A DNA stretch of 64,000 bases from Utricularia gibba (GCA_002189035.1 NEEC01000004.1:372001-436000); one strand, 5' to 3'; positions 26,107-40,559 are shown, counted from the first letter of the stretch. Notes: generated by a model not told the origin, from the sequence alone. Program-made: numbers and translations.

Positions 26107-27262
26107 TTAGTTACCCTCTCCAGGGCCAGCTCCTTTGAGCATGTTGCATCGAACAACCATCCTACGAAAATCTTCGAGGCTAACCTGCAACAAACCACCT
26201 AAAGTAATTCTGATGCTCCAGGAGATGATGTAACATGAACACCACTAGACATTACCTTTCCATCTTCATCGCTATCGAAAAGTGATATCATGTCGTGCAT
26301 CTCCTCGTGTGACCATGTGAAGTTGTGGGCTATGGCAAGCCTCTCAACATCTCTCAGAGTGATGCCTCCCTTCCCTGTTTCTGATCATGCCAGTTGAGAG
26401 GTCAAAACATGTTTGCACCTTGGGATTTAAGGGGCTAATTGTCTCATTAACTGGGAATGGGGCTTTCATTACCATCAAACTGAAAGAAGTGTACAAGCAT
26501 TTCATCTTCAGTCATTTGCACTCTGCTGGCCACCTGCTCAGTAGACAGGATGTATATAATGCACACAGCTTCTCTTTTGTTAGATAAACTTCACAGCTAC
26601 CTTCTTTTTGCGTTTGGAACCAGAGTCCACAGTCCTTGCATTGGAGGCTTCGAGGGACAGAGCAATTGCCTGAAAAAATCTTACTTATAACAAGCCACAC
26701 CACATCACAGAAAGCCAAAGACAAACCGAATGTCATGCCATGATTTGCTTGCCTGCATAAGGGATTCATCATCATCCACAAAATCCGCATCCAGTTTCAC
26801 CCTTTTCTCAGAAGAACGCTTCTTCTGAATCGACTGGCTTCTCTTTACCTGGCGAATCATTTCAAGCGCTTCAACTGACAGGAAAAAATAGCAGCATCAC
26901 TAATAATGAAGAGCGTTCCCAACCTTTTTCTTGTCGGATAATGGAAAATCATCATCGTTATCTCCAGACGAAGTCGTGGCTTCATCCTCTTGAGTGGGTT
27001 TGTACTCCTCCTCATCTACGCCATCAATCCTCTTTTTTCCCCTCTTTTCACTTTTCGCATTCGGTGAATTTCGAGCAGATGACCTCACAGAATCAGCAAT
27101 TTTCCTCAGCCCCAGGGCTTCCATTCTGCTCTTGTTTTCTTCAATCCTCTGAAGCCTCAGCCTTTCGTAACTCGATAGTTCCCCCAAGCGTGGAGCTTCA
27201 TTTTCCTCCCCAGATGACACTCCTTCATCCGATCCAAAAGCTTCGGATTCAGAGCTCCCCAT
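26107..27262 (-). CDS. EF-hand calcium-binding family protein with acidic N-terminus and UIM-like motif (EDA34-like)
   Basis: YERLRLQRIEENKSRMEALGLRK; DESLMQ|AIALSLE; QMTEDEMLVHFFQFD; GKGGITLRDVERLA; MISLFDSDEDGK-VSLEDFRRMVVRCNML. The start at MGSSESE is a best guess. Confidence 0.78.
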
Positions 27263-30200
27263 TCCGACAACACCGAATATCTTGGATCCTATGCAATGAT
27301 GAACGTCAAACCCTTTCGCGTGCTCATCTAAGACCAGAGTCATTAGCCTCGGTTAGTTGATGATGTGTATAAAATGGATATTGATTGATATCTCGTTAGA
27401 TATTAATTTGGATTTTAAGTCTACGTCTATATAAAATTATTTGAGGATATTTTTTAACCCACCATGTAAATGGGTTTAGAAAATATCCAATCTCAACTGT
27501 GAGTTAAGTAAATAGCCCTAAATTGTGGATCCAGATCTCGTGTGGTTTGTTGGGCCTCTGCAATTTGGCCCAATCTCGGGAGGGAAGGGGTGTCCTTCTC
27601 AATGTTTCAACACAAGGGCGTGTGTGCTTACTTGCAGGGATAGCGAGCGCCATAGCCTGCCCAAGAATGAAAAGCAGCCAGTGCTAGAACGGTCTTCGAT
27701 CAAGAGGAGTGGCGAGCAGCATTTGCATTCACTCTCCTTGCAGTCATTCATTCTGTTTTAGGGCTCCTCTGGCCTGCGCCTTATATTGATGTGTTGAAAA
27801 TTCTTGTACTGAAAAAGAATAGATGATCAACCCCATATGGCTAGTTGAACAAAACTTCAATTAGTTTATATGGAATATCAATTCATTAGTTTGATGAACT
27901 AGATCTCGTATGCACACAAGTTTATAATTTATTAGATTATGTTAGGTTTTCTGGACAATGTGGCGTTATGCATAGCATTATCGATGAACACAGAAGAGAT
28001 GCGAATGATGATGAAGGCAGATAGATGAAATGCCTGCAGCGCCAGCAGCAAGAACAGTAGTAACTGGTTACTTCTCTTTATCAGCATTCAAGAGGCTCCG
28101 TGTGTGTCTGTATGATGGTTCTATATGACAACAGAACACCACCAAAAAGAGCAAATGGCTTCTCCATCAGCAGCAAAACACTTCAGTTTATGACACCAAA
28201 CTGCCGCTAAGCGATCCCCCGCTCCATCCAGTTCTTAACACGATGCAAAACCCAAAACTCGAAGCAAGAGCATGACAAAGCCTTCAAGGCATTCCAAATA
28301 GCACAAGGGACTGTGATATTCCCCTTTCTAGTACACAAAACACAGCCATGTTTGTTAGTCATAGAGCTGCTGCATGCACGGCCCGATGCCGGGAAACCTG
28401 AATTCAGAACCTCTCATGCACAGTGAGATGATTGATACAAAAACAGAAAATGTAGAATGTTTAAGTAGTATTGTGGATAATTTTTTAAGTCTATTTCTAT
28501 TTTTTAAAAAAATAAAAATAATTTTATTATAGAATATTATCAATTATAAAAGTATTTCTATCAAAAATACTTTTAAAATTATATTATAAAAATTATTTTT
28601 GAAAAGTAAATAGTAAATTACTTTTAATTCTTATTTCTATTTTTTAAAAAATAAAAATAGTTTCCAAAATTTTTTCATAACAATGCTTTATAATACTACC
28701 AAAAGACTCAAGATAAAAAATATGATCCCTTTTAAGAGTCATATGTTTGTTTTTGTGTAGTTATGCACGCTCATGTTACCATTTCATTAATTTAAGTAAC
28801 TATAATATGAAAATGATTTTTAATAAAAAAAAAATTCTACAAATTGGAAGTATTATATTTGCAAAATGATTTTTATTTTCCATTAAACTGAAGAATAAGT
28901 CATATCTACTTTTACAAGAATAAAAAAATGACAAGAAATATTTATAAATCTGAAAAAACTTTAAAAATTACTCTTCCACAGATAAAATATCCATTTTATT
29001 ATATAAAAGTTTTTTATACCCATTTCAAAATACCCAATTACGTAAATTATACACACACCTACTAGTGGATGTGTCACCTTCCCATATATGTATTTTATTT
29101 AATAAGTGATCTTGAATAAAAAAATATAACTTTCTCAATCAAAATCAGTTTTAATAATCCATTGACTCCCGTCATTTCAAAACTGATGAACACATATTTT
29201 CCAACATTTTCAGGAAATCAGTTTCCTGTCATTATCGATTTTAGATTTGGTGTTTTGTTTTATAATATTTTTTCTGAAAATAAATTCATAATATTGGCAT
29301 GTGCTGGCTTACTAATGGGCCCCATAGAGGTATTTCATTTATTCAATAATAATAATAATAATTTACCCGCGACTACGCACCTAACAAACAAATCAATCAT
29401 TAGTTCATCAGTCGAGGGTTCCCCTTTCCCACTAAAACCATGATGGGGACCAAAATGAATAAAAACAAGTGTCCGTTTTGTAATTTTCAAAACTATGTGG
29501 ACGGTGTCGCCATTTCTTTTGAATTTCGCCTCTTTTTTTATTTTTGTTTTTGTTTGCTTTTTGTCGTTGGTGTGTGGGTCCGATGGCCTTTAATAGGTGG
29601 ACACAGCGTAGGGCCCACGGCAGACCAGCACCAGCCCCTGAATGAACAATGTTAGCTAGCTAGCTAGCGTGCGTAGGGGTACCTATGTCTTCGGATCTGG
29701 TCACACCCCTTCAAAACCATGTCGTGCCCACCCCCATCAACCTAACCGATGATATATATAATTGGTCAAACTCAATAAAAAAAATATTATAATTTATTAA
29801 TATTATTATTTTTTTAATTTTGTGTATAATAAAAAACGAAAGACTATCAGTTTTCTAAATAACGCACCACCTAACACGCTTCTAGTTACTCGCACTATTT
29901 AAAAAAATAAAACATTATTATATTTATTTTGTCGATTTGCTATGTTATTATTATTATATCATACGATTTGCATCATTTTTTAAATATGTTATTTTTATAT
30001 CAATACATTTTGAATTAACATATAAATAAAAATGAAACTGTAATAGTATTGAATGCTATTAAAAAAAAATAGGAAAAAGAAAGAAACCGACCATCCCATG
30101 AGTTGAATGCTGCCAAAGGTTGGGTAAATGAAAAAGGGGAAAAAAGGCACACCAGTCGTTAGATCTGAAGCTCACACACACATACAGATATGTTCGCACC

Positions 30201-31053
30201 GCCTTAAATGAAGCCAACACCACTGCAAAAATTCATTCTTCAGCTTGGGTTTCACAGTTGAAACAGCACCTTCATGGGCTCCATTGCATTGCATGGTCTT
30301 TTGTCTATTCCGGATGACAACTGTCCGAAGCGTTTGATTCCTCTCCCCACAAACCCAGGAAAAAGACTTGGCCTGCTGCTGGTGCCCGCCCGCTAGCTTC
30401 ACCTCGTATTAATTAGAATTGGAGTAAAACTTTATCACCCTCCCGCTGTACCCGTTTTTTAATACAAGTACGTGAAGGGACATCGTCATCATCACGTTAT
30501 TGTGTTTTTTAGCTGTCTATTTTTCGCAATAATGAGTTACTCATCGCGAGATGGGGATTGGAGTTTTTGCCCTTGCCCTTCTGCGATGGCAAGTGGCAAA
30601 TGACTTGAATACAATACACAGAAGAAAATCACTTTCAAGTCGCGATTTAGGGAGTTTGTAGGATAGCTGATGGGTGATCCGATTCCAGAGGCATATTTGT
30701 TTATAGGACGGCAGCGGGGTGGTGTTCTTTGTGTAGGACTTGGACGAAAGAAGTAACGAAAATGAGACATGTCTCGGGTGCACCACCAACGAATGAAAAT
30801 GGGTTGTTTTTTTTTTTACAACACGGTTATGTCATATTGGACATAGTAGCACAATTTTTTTTTTTTTTTTTTTTTGTACATGATTATTGATCATGCAACA
30901 ACACACATTGCGAGTGCAGGAGCAGATGATAGATATGTCACAGTGTACTGTAAGCCCGGTTGAGCCGTCCACCCGCACCCAACAAAACTTGGCTTTTAAC
31001 CAACGGGGTGGATGTTTGAAAGCGACCGCGGGTGGCATTCCCATCCCCTCTTT

Positions 31054-31668
31054 CTAAAACGAATCCCATGGCCATGGAAGAGGAGGAGCTTCCGCATCGG
31101 GCATTGCCAGAGGAGGAGAGTCGATGTAACAATACTGCTCGCTGTAACTGGCGGTGGTTGCAGCGTCCATGGGTAAATCCGGTAAATCGAAGACGGCGCC
31201 GTACTCTTCTTCCTCCTTCCAGGAATTGCAAGACAAAACAGAGGAAGATGAGGAGGAATCGTGGCTCTGCGGCTCCGCTAGGAAACCGGCGGCTTTCGTC
31301 GCGGCGGCTTGGATGTCCTTGGGGGAATTGGAAACCGGCTGGGGAAGCAGGTTAGCCAGTGCCGGGAAATTAAGGTGAGCGCCTTTCCCTTTGATGGCCA
31401 GCGCGCCGACGTCGTGGGCCCGTGCCGCCATCTCCGCCGTCGCGTAGGTCCCCAGCCATATCCTCGACTTCTTCTTCGGCTCCCGGATTTCGCACACCCA
31501 TTTCCCCCACGCCCGTTTACGAACCCCCCGGAACTTCTTCTCTTCCTCGTCGCTGGCGGCGGCGACGGCGACGTGGGTCCCCGTTTTCTTGTTCGGCCTT
31601 TTCATGATGCTCTGCCCGGGATTGGAGTCGACCTCTTCTGGATTTCCCTTTCCAACTCGTGGATACAT
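31054..31668 (-). CDS. AP2/ERF transcription factor, DREB subgroup A-4 (TINY-like), intronless
   Basis: [57 protein letters not shown], followed by [13 protein letters not shown] and FDLPDL. Confidence 0.92.
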   Translation of the reverse strand: MYPRVGKGNPEEVDSNPGQSIMKRPNKKTGTHVAVAAASDEEEKKFRGVRKRAWGKWVCEIREPKKKSRIWLGTYATAEMAARAHDVGALAIKGKGAHLNFPALANLLPQPVSNSPKDIQAAATKAAGFLAEPQSHDSSSSSSVLSCNSWKEEEEYGAVFDLPDLPMDAATTASYSEQYCYIDSPPLAMPDAEAPPLPWPWDSF

Positions 31669-32756
31669 ATATGTTTATATATATATATACCGAGTCGCTG
31701 TGTCAGCCATGGAAGAACCAGACCACGTTATTCGCATTTCCCCCTCACAAATTTATAAATGCACAATACATCATCATCTTTCTACATACACATTAAATTA
31801 AAGTACTATAATTTTTAATATATGCATGAAAAAATATGTGGATATTTATTTTTGGATTAATTACATTATTTTCAAAATGTAAAATTTACAATTTTTGACA
31901 GCGACAAGATGGAAGCCATTATTGTCCATCTATTCCAAACTATTTCAACAATTATTGTCGATCTATTTCAAACTATTTCAATTTCAAATATTTTTATAAT
32001 ATAATAATCCCACATACGTTTGTCGTTATTCTATTAAAAGGATACCCGTGGCCTTTTCGCATTTTTATAACGTGGAAAAATTGAAATATATTAAATTCTA
32101 GTAAATTTCTAATTTTAAAATTTAGAATACGATTTTAATTATTAAATGTTTAAAAACTGGAAATCGATCTCCCGAATTTCCCTTGATATGATTTTTTTGA
32201 CAATTAATTATAAATAACTTGTTTTATACGAAAGAATTCTTTACCGCAGGCATATCCCAATAAAAAACGTATAGTTCAATTCAATTTAGTAAAAAAAAAA
32301 AACATATTAACCCAGCATTGAATGTTATCCCGTTGGCATGCCCCAACGACCAATATATGCCACAATTATTCAACACAGAAAATAAAAAAAAAATAAAGAA
32401 AATTACCCACCCAATTAATGTAGCAGTGTTTGTAGGTGCCCCTAGACACATCCTTGTCACTCACTCACCTTTAAAATTGCAGACCACACATAAAAGGGCA
32501 CCATTTAAACGCAAGCTATCTTTTGTCTTGAGATATTTCGTAGGAATAATTAATGATTAAATTGAAAAAAAATGGCATTTATTTCAATTTGCATTTCAAA
32601 TCAATTCCGCATGTTTAAATTATGTTGTTTTCCTCCACAGTCCACATACACATCACACACAGCTTCTCTCTCGCTCACCAAATGGGTATACATACGGGTT
32701 AACCCGTTTCCTGTGCGAATTCAGTCAAAGAAAAAATAAAAAAAATGCAAGCCCCG

Positions 32757-33459
32757 CACGTGATCGCGTGTGGGCAATAACTCATTGGGTTATAAAATAA
32801 CCATCTTGTCGTGGTTAAATCACTTTCCGAAATTTTGTGGAGTTCCGCGCTGCGTATGTTAGAATATTCAAATCCGGAATAATTGTTTGGGTCCGACCCA
32901 ATTAATTTGTTGGATTATTAAAATGGCCACGTCACGTGGCCAGGTTAACTATTGGATCGATGGTATCAAGTGGCCTAGTAAGGATTTTTTTTTTTACTAA
33001 TGATATCATTCATATTTTTACATTAATATTTTTATTTTTTTTAATGATAGAAGTTATAATTTAATGGTATGTATATCATTTTTTAAAATGATATCATTTG
33101 ATACTCACTTATGACTAGATGAGAGCTTAGTTAGAATTATTAATTTCTTCTTATTATTATATATAATATATAAAGTTTAATATTATTTATAATATTGAAA
33201 TCTATTAATATGAAACAAACATAGTTTTCAGTGTGATGGATGGGTGATTTCATTTCATGTGTTACCTTTGATGCTCTATGAAGTCGTAGGGTTACAGAGA
33301 AGAATCGGGAAGCATGAGCGGATCGTACTGCGGCGGCGCTGACGAAGATTGTCACCGTTTTCCGATTGGTCATCGGCCGGTGGCATGTTTGCCTGGCTTC
33401 TACTTACATGGGCTTTTCTCGGCTCCGCACTGCTTATGGGCTGGTCTTCTTTCCACGTG
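32757..33459. promoter_or_regulatory. ACGT/G-box elements in the divergent DREB-UBC intergenic region
   Basis: CACGTG at 32757-32762 and 33454-33459. Near-palindromic GCCACGTCACGTGGC at 32926-32940. Confidence 0.35.
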
Positions 33460-33602
33460 GGCTCTACCAGCGATGAAGCCCATGTAGTCACCTATTAAAA
33501 TTGTGGAAATCCGTTTCGCCTATATAATGCAAACCGCCCTTGTTTGTTTTCGGCTTTTTCTTGGGGAGGGGGTGCGCAGATCTCGAGTGTTTCTTCTCAA
33601 CG

Positions 33603-34904
<1,302 letters not shown>

Positions 34905-35061
34905 GGACAAGGGTCACCAAGCCGTGCTGCCCAACCCCCCTCTGCTTTGCTTTCTTCAATACAATAAGTAGCATGTTGATGGCCAAATCTTTGCAATAGC
35001 AACACTTATCACTGAGTGGTTTTCTTGCAAATCGGTAAACTTGTAGATTTCGAGTCTGAGG

Positions 35062-35118
35062 CGTACCAGGATATTTCTATCACTGAGCCGTACCAAGATA
35101 TTTCTATCACTGAGCCGT
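35062..35118. repeat. 27-bp tandem duplication (2 copies plus a partial third)
   Basis: CGTACCA(G/A)GATATTTCTATCACTGAGC at 35062-35088 and 35089-35115, one mismatch. Confidence 0.85.
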
Positions 35119-35524
35119 TTTCTTTTATGGTTTGAATGTAGATGCGCATGAAATGTAATGAATCATGAATAAGAAGGCATTCCACTATGATTGGAATGAA
35201 AAATGTGTGTATTGGATTATCATTGAATAGGTATTCAAAGTAAAAAGGAACTAAAGGCATACCAATTATATAAATTCAAAACTAAAAGTCTTCGGAAAAA
35301 AAAAAGAACTAAAATTACTGCGAAGTCAAAAACGTGCCGTGGACCTGGAGAAGGCATCATCAGGCACGGGCTCATTAAAAATACCTGAAAAGGCAGAATC
35401 TTCTGGGTGGGTAGTGGCATGGGCAGCGGGTGGGGGATATAAAAACGTTTTTAAGTACAAATATGAAATGTGGAGCAGTGGAGGAAGTGCTACTACAAGA
35501 ATCGTCCATCGGAGGGGCGTTCTC

Positions 35525-36523
35525 ACGGCGTGTCGTTAGAATAATGACGGAACTCAAGGATTTGCAGAAGGACTCCCGCAATCTCCTGCAGTGCCGGTGA
35601 ACACCTGTTACTTTTTTTTTTTTTCCGGCGATGACTAGGGTTTTAATTCCCTGCATTCTTCGATTTGTAAGGCAAATTTGTTTTGTGTTCACGTTTTCAC
35701 TGTTCCATGAGTTGACTTTGAAGATGCAAGGAATTGTTTGGTAAAACTCTTGTGCTTTTTCTTTGTTGTTTGTATATCCATTTTCCTTTATTTGCTGTGT
35801 TTCAGGACCAGTTGGTGAAGAAGTTTTATTGGGACCTCAGGACAGTCCTCACGCAGATGGTGTTTTACTGATCACCAAACACTTCCCCCGGATTATCCTT
35901 TCAAGCCCCCAAAGGTGTTATATACGGCATTGCCAAACGAGTTTTAGGTGGCCTACAAAGCAAACACCGTGATCTCCAGCAGGAAGACGGATTCATTCAT
36001 CTTCACATATTTTCTATGATCACAGGTCGCATTCAGCACGAAGGTTTGCCATTCCAACGTAAACAGCAATGGAAGCATTTTCCAGGATATTTTCAAAGAG
36101 CAGAGGAGTCCCTCTTTGACTATTTCAGAGGTGACTGCCGGATTATCAACCGGAGTCTCGTTCTTGCATTTCATAACTTTGTTGCTACCACCTCGCTTGC
36201 CATCTCCATTGCTTAATAGATGCCATACACTATTTAAGTTCTGGCTTGCACTCTGATGGTTTTTAAGTTCGTGATACGTGCACAGAATGATTTTTGTATT
36301 GCTTGATAAGTATAGCATGCTGTGAATATTTTTCTGTCTTCCCTATTAAAATTGCAACCGTTCTGTATTTTGTTTTGCAGTTTCTGCTCTCAATCTGCTC
36401 CCGTTTTGACGGATACAAATCCTGATGATTCTGTAGTTCCAGAGGTCACTCATAAGCACAAGACATACGAGCTCAAGTCTGAGATAAACGCTAGCAGCTG
36501 GACTCAGAAATTTGCAATGGGTT
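35525..36523 (+). pseudogene. Degenerate tandem duplicate of the upstream UBC gene
   Basis: Same four-exon layout with introns retained. ATG has become ACG, exons 1, 2 and 4 are frameshifted, and active-site GSICLDI has become GSIFQDI. Confidence 0.85.
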
Positions 36524-37026
36524 GCCACTTCACAACTGCCCTGAAGATAGTGGATCCCTCCCCCTTCTCCTTAAAATATGTATGGTGGATGCTAAATGGT
36601 TGCAGGCATGCCCCTTTTCTGCAAATCAGACAGTTTTTTAAAAATAAAAATAAAAATAAAAGGTACGGAATCCAAAAGAATAAATTAGTCGTTAAGCCTG
36701 CCTGGTAAGGGAAGTGATAAATAAAAGGCGAAGGGGGAGGAGAGGGGAGGGGAGGTGGAGGAGGAGGGGAGTTAGTTACTTGGAGTGGGAGAAATCGCAA
36801 AAAAACAGAAAATGGATTCGGGATTGGATGTCCACGCGGCCGCCCACAATAGCCGTAGCCGTAGCCGCGCCCCCGGTGGGCTGCCCAGCCCTTTCCCGGG
36901 TCCAAATCAGCCGCCCGTGGCTGCGCCTCTGCCGCCTCCCCCCTCCTTTAAGCCCACCTTGTTTACCTTTACCCCACCGCATTCATTCTACCACCACCGC
37001 CAGATCCGATCTCTCCCTCCTCCTCG

Positions 37027-38003
37027 ATGGCCACCATCGTTTCTCCGTCGTCCCCTTCGAACCCCGACGACGATCTCCTCCCCACCGCGACGCTAGCCCT
37101 CCCTTCCGCCGGCGCCGCCTCATCGCGACGTCTCCCTCCACCCTGTTGGTCCGCTGAAGAAACCGTTGCCCTAATCGACGCTTACAGGGATAAGTGGTAC
37201 TCCCTCCGCCGTGGGAATCTCAGGGCGAATCATTGGCAGGAGGTCGCCGACGACGTCGCTTCACGATGCCCAGCAATACCGCCCAAGACCGCCGTCCAGT
37301 GCCGTCACAAGATGGAGAAGCTGAGGAAAAGGTACCGCGCTGATATTCAACGGGCCGTGGCTCATGGAGGCGTGCGACGTTTCTCCTCGTCCTGGGTGCA
37401 TTTCCAGAAGATGCACGCTATGGAAAGAGGGCCGAACCCGAATCCGACGCCTCCGTCGTCTTCCGACGAGGAGGAGGATCAACATCAGAATAGCGTGAAA
37501 CGGATCCGAGATCTGTATAGTCAGAATCACAAGGCGGTGTCGGTGGCCCAAGTGCCTGAGAGCACTAATGGCGCTTCAGGTGGGTTTCGGATAAAGATTC
37601 CTGGGGGATGAATTCTGCTCCTCGTGTCCCTAAATTTGATCTTCCGAATTCGAGATTTAGCAACTCTGTTCCCGGTGTTAATGGGGGTGGCTCTAGCAAA
37701 GCTATGAAAGATAGCTTTGGTGGGTTTCGTGAAATGGAAAAAAGGGGTACTGAGATTAACAAGGCAAGTCCCGGTTTTGATGAGGTTATTGCTGCTATTC
37801 ATTCACTGGGTGAGGGCTTTGCAAGATCTGAGATGGCGAAGATGGAGATGTTGAAGCAAATTGATCAAATGAGATTGGAATCGGAGAGGAAGAGAACAGA
37901 GATGATAATGGAGTGCCAACAAATGATTTTGGAAGCATTGTCTGATTCAAGTGCAAAGAGGGCGAGAAGAAGCTGCACACCACCTGGTGGTAGTTTAAAA
38001 TGA
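37027..38003 (+). CDS. Trihelix (Myb/SANT-like, SIP1/ASIL clade) transcription factor with an apparent 1-nt frameshift at 37603-37607
   Basis: PPPCWSAEETVALIDAYRDKWYSLRRGNLRANHWQEVA...KTAVQCRHKMEKLRKRYR. The C-terminal coiled coil (AIHSLGEGFARSEMAKMEM) lies in the next frame (ORF 37608-38003). Confidence 0.85.
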
Positions 38004-38537
38004 ACTTAGCGGCCTTTAGATCACACCCCGGTTTGCTCTCCATGTTCAAGTGTAGGATGTTATTAATAATGTGTTTGTTTTGCTTCGTTCTTGGTGGTTA
38101 TGTTTGTAGGTTGTAGATTTATTGATTGTCAGTTGATGCTCCTCTGGAAAGGGGGAGTAAAGGCAGTTTTCATTGTCTAGTACACTTCCTTGTTCTATGA
38201 TTCCGAGTAAAGCCAGTTACCTGTTGTTGCACCATGAACAGCCTATCTGTGAAAGTATGATGATCTTATTTCACTCTGATACGCTATTGTTGTTCAGAAG
38301 TTTTTTGGGCTGAGATGGATCACATCAATGGTACTGCATAGCCGCTTCTAAATCATTGGAAATGACCAGGTTCTTTCCTTACCAGCAGCTAAGCATCATC
38401 ACTCATTACGTTTGCTTGCTTTTTTTCCTTTTTATGGTGGCGTCATTCGCAGAGTTTGATGTTGCAACAGATGGGGTAGCATAGAAGACTGAAAGTTATA
38501 CAGCGACAACCCACGGAACTGATGAAACACTGATGTG

Positions 38538-39764
38538 TCATTGACGATGAGTTGCAGTAGCAGTTCCCCATTTCCTCTTAGGCCACGAATTCCGGCAGAT
38601 AGTGTGGTTTCTCCACCGGAACCTCTGTGTGTCTTCCCACAACCCACTCTTTTGCTCGCTCTTGAACCTCTTCCAGTCCTTGATCGCTAGTTTGGACTGT
38701 GCAATTTTCGCCTTGATACCTCTGCAACAATCGGCATGGATGGTGATTACTGATCCTATATCTTCGCTGTCTTTACAGAATCCACTGAAGTACAAGTGAT
38801 CCAGGAACATCACATTCATTTCTAATCTCTTCATGGTCCCTTCCTGCATTATGATCCTCAGTACATCTTGCTCCTTCAAACCAGCCGAGTTGTTCCTCCT
38901 CTCGTACCACACTTCCAGCAACTTCATAGTCTTGTGATTTGCTCTTATGAAATAGAAGCCTGTGTTTATTGGGTTTTCTTCAGAGTAGGGGTCGCCGTTG
39001 AACTTGTCGACACTGAGTTCCAGATCCAAGCTGGAGTTCTTCCCCAGCATTACGAATGGATTTCGTAGCCACAGTATGTCTGCATCCTGCCAAAGGAGGA
39101 ATTTCAGCCCCTTACAAGGTGGATTCGATTCGGCGAAAGGTTGTGATTCTTACTGTGAAGATGAAGTTGAAGCCTCGTTTGAGGACCCTGTTGAGGAATA
39201 GCGTCCTTCTCCACATCATCTCTATGAAGCCCTCGGTCATGTAAATCTTCTCGCCGGAGAAATGATCGTCATCTCCAACGAACTCATCACCGTCATCTGC
39301 CAGCCGGTAGCAGTTGAGCTGCCGGAAAAGGCACCTTTCATGTGCAGTTTCATCCATGGTCACAACCACCAGTCGGCGAATGAGGTTCCTCGTCCCTTCT
39401 CCGACCCAAAACCCTTCCAGAAAGAGATCCAACATCGTGGGGTACTCGTCATCCACAGGCTCTACGTAAGCTCGGTTGATGGTCGTGATGATCACCGCCT
39501 CCTCAGCTCCAACTGATGCCCTCTCCAGAGACCTCTGCAGCTCATCTTTATGCACCAGCTTCTGTGGATCAAAACAAAACGTATTCGTCAACCGAACACA
39601 TTGGATTCAGTACACAATACATTGACCAAAAATTCATGACTTGCAGCATCTTTTTGTGAGAAAGTCAGGAGCCTGTAACACGAGGAGTCCCATGAAGCAA
39701 GAAGGAGAAGTGAAGCTAAGAGAAAGAAGAAGATTCCCAGGTTAGAGCACCAGCGACTGCGCAT
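38538..39764 (-). CDS. Nucleotide-diphospho-sugar transferase family protein (type II membrane glycosyltransferase), 3 exons
   Basis: N-terminal TM segment LGIFFFLLASLLLLA; VIITTINRAY; MLDLFLEGFWVGEGT; MMWRRTLFLNRVLKRGFNFIFT|DADILWLRNPF (DxD motif); INTGFYF; EQDVL. Confidence 0.88.
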
Positions 39765-40559
39765 TTTCTGTGAAATTGATACAGAATGCTGTATGCATGT
39801 GCAACTAAATACAACACCCTCCCCTGGTATCATGCTTTGTCTGATTCTTTCCCTTCCTGTAAAACATGCCAAATGTGTTGCTGTTCCATATGGTAGATAA
39901 ATAATTGGATGATAAGCATTAGGTAAGTAGCTACAACAGGAAACAATGTACCAGTATGATGTTACTGCATTTGGTGCAAAGAAAACAAAATAATTCGTAA
40001 CACAGAGAATCAGAGATGTTGGTTAAATTTATCAGAAGAAGCGCTTTGCTCTGACACCTTACTGAATTAGATAATAAAGGTCAAAGTTCAGGCGAAACGG
40101 CATTGTTATCCTAAGTTCTTCAGCCTCTGCCTTCGCACAAGGAGTCGCAACCCCTGGCCTGAAGTCATCGGAATCGTACCCACTCCACATCTCCGCAACA
40201 ACCGTATCAATTTCACACAACTGATCGCTTTAACAAGATGATGCGTAGTCTCAATTCTGTGTTGTCGCCAATTGGGGCAAGCTCCTGGACCCATCTTGAA
40301 AGTGGGCCTCGTTTATTCATATTCGGCCCAACACAAACATATTAGGTGTCCCTTTGCATTGTTATCTTTTATACATAGTTATTTTAGTATTCTTTTTTTA
40401 ACATAAAAAATTATTAGCATATATACGGGCTCGGAACTAGTTTCAAAATAGTATACTGTGGGCAAGGTGAATCATTATGATTTATAAGATATGGCATCAA
40501 AAACGAATACTCCACAAAGGTATCTATTATTTTGGAGACCTCTCACGCCTCTAAGTGTA

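Noticed and set aside
28180-28190. CTGAAGTGTTT on the minus strand, the 5' half of miR395
   Set aside because: The remainder does not match and no star-arm hairpin is evident.
28450-29200. AT-rich stretch with repeated TATTTCTATTTTTTAAAAAAATAAAAATA, a possible MITE
   Set aside because: No clear terminal inverted repeats or TSD; low-complexity sequence explains it.
38254-38282. ATGATGA...CTGA with a short terminal stem resembling snoRNA C/D boxes
   Set aside because: Only about 28 nt in total, far too short for a box C/D snoRNA.
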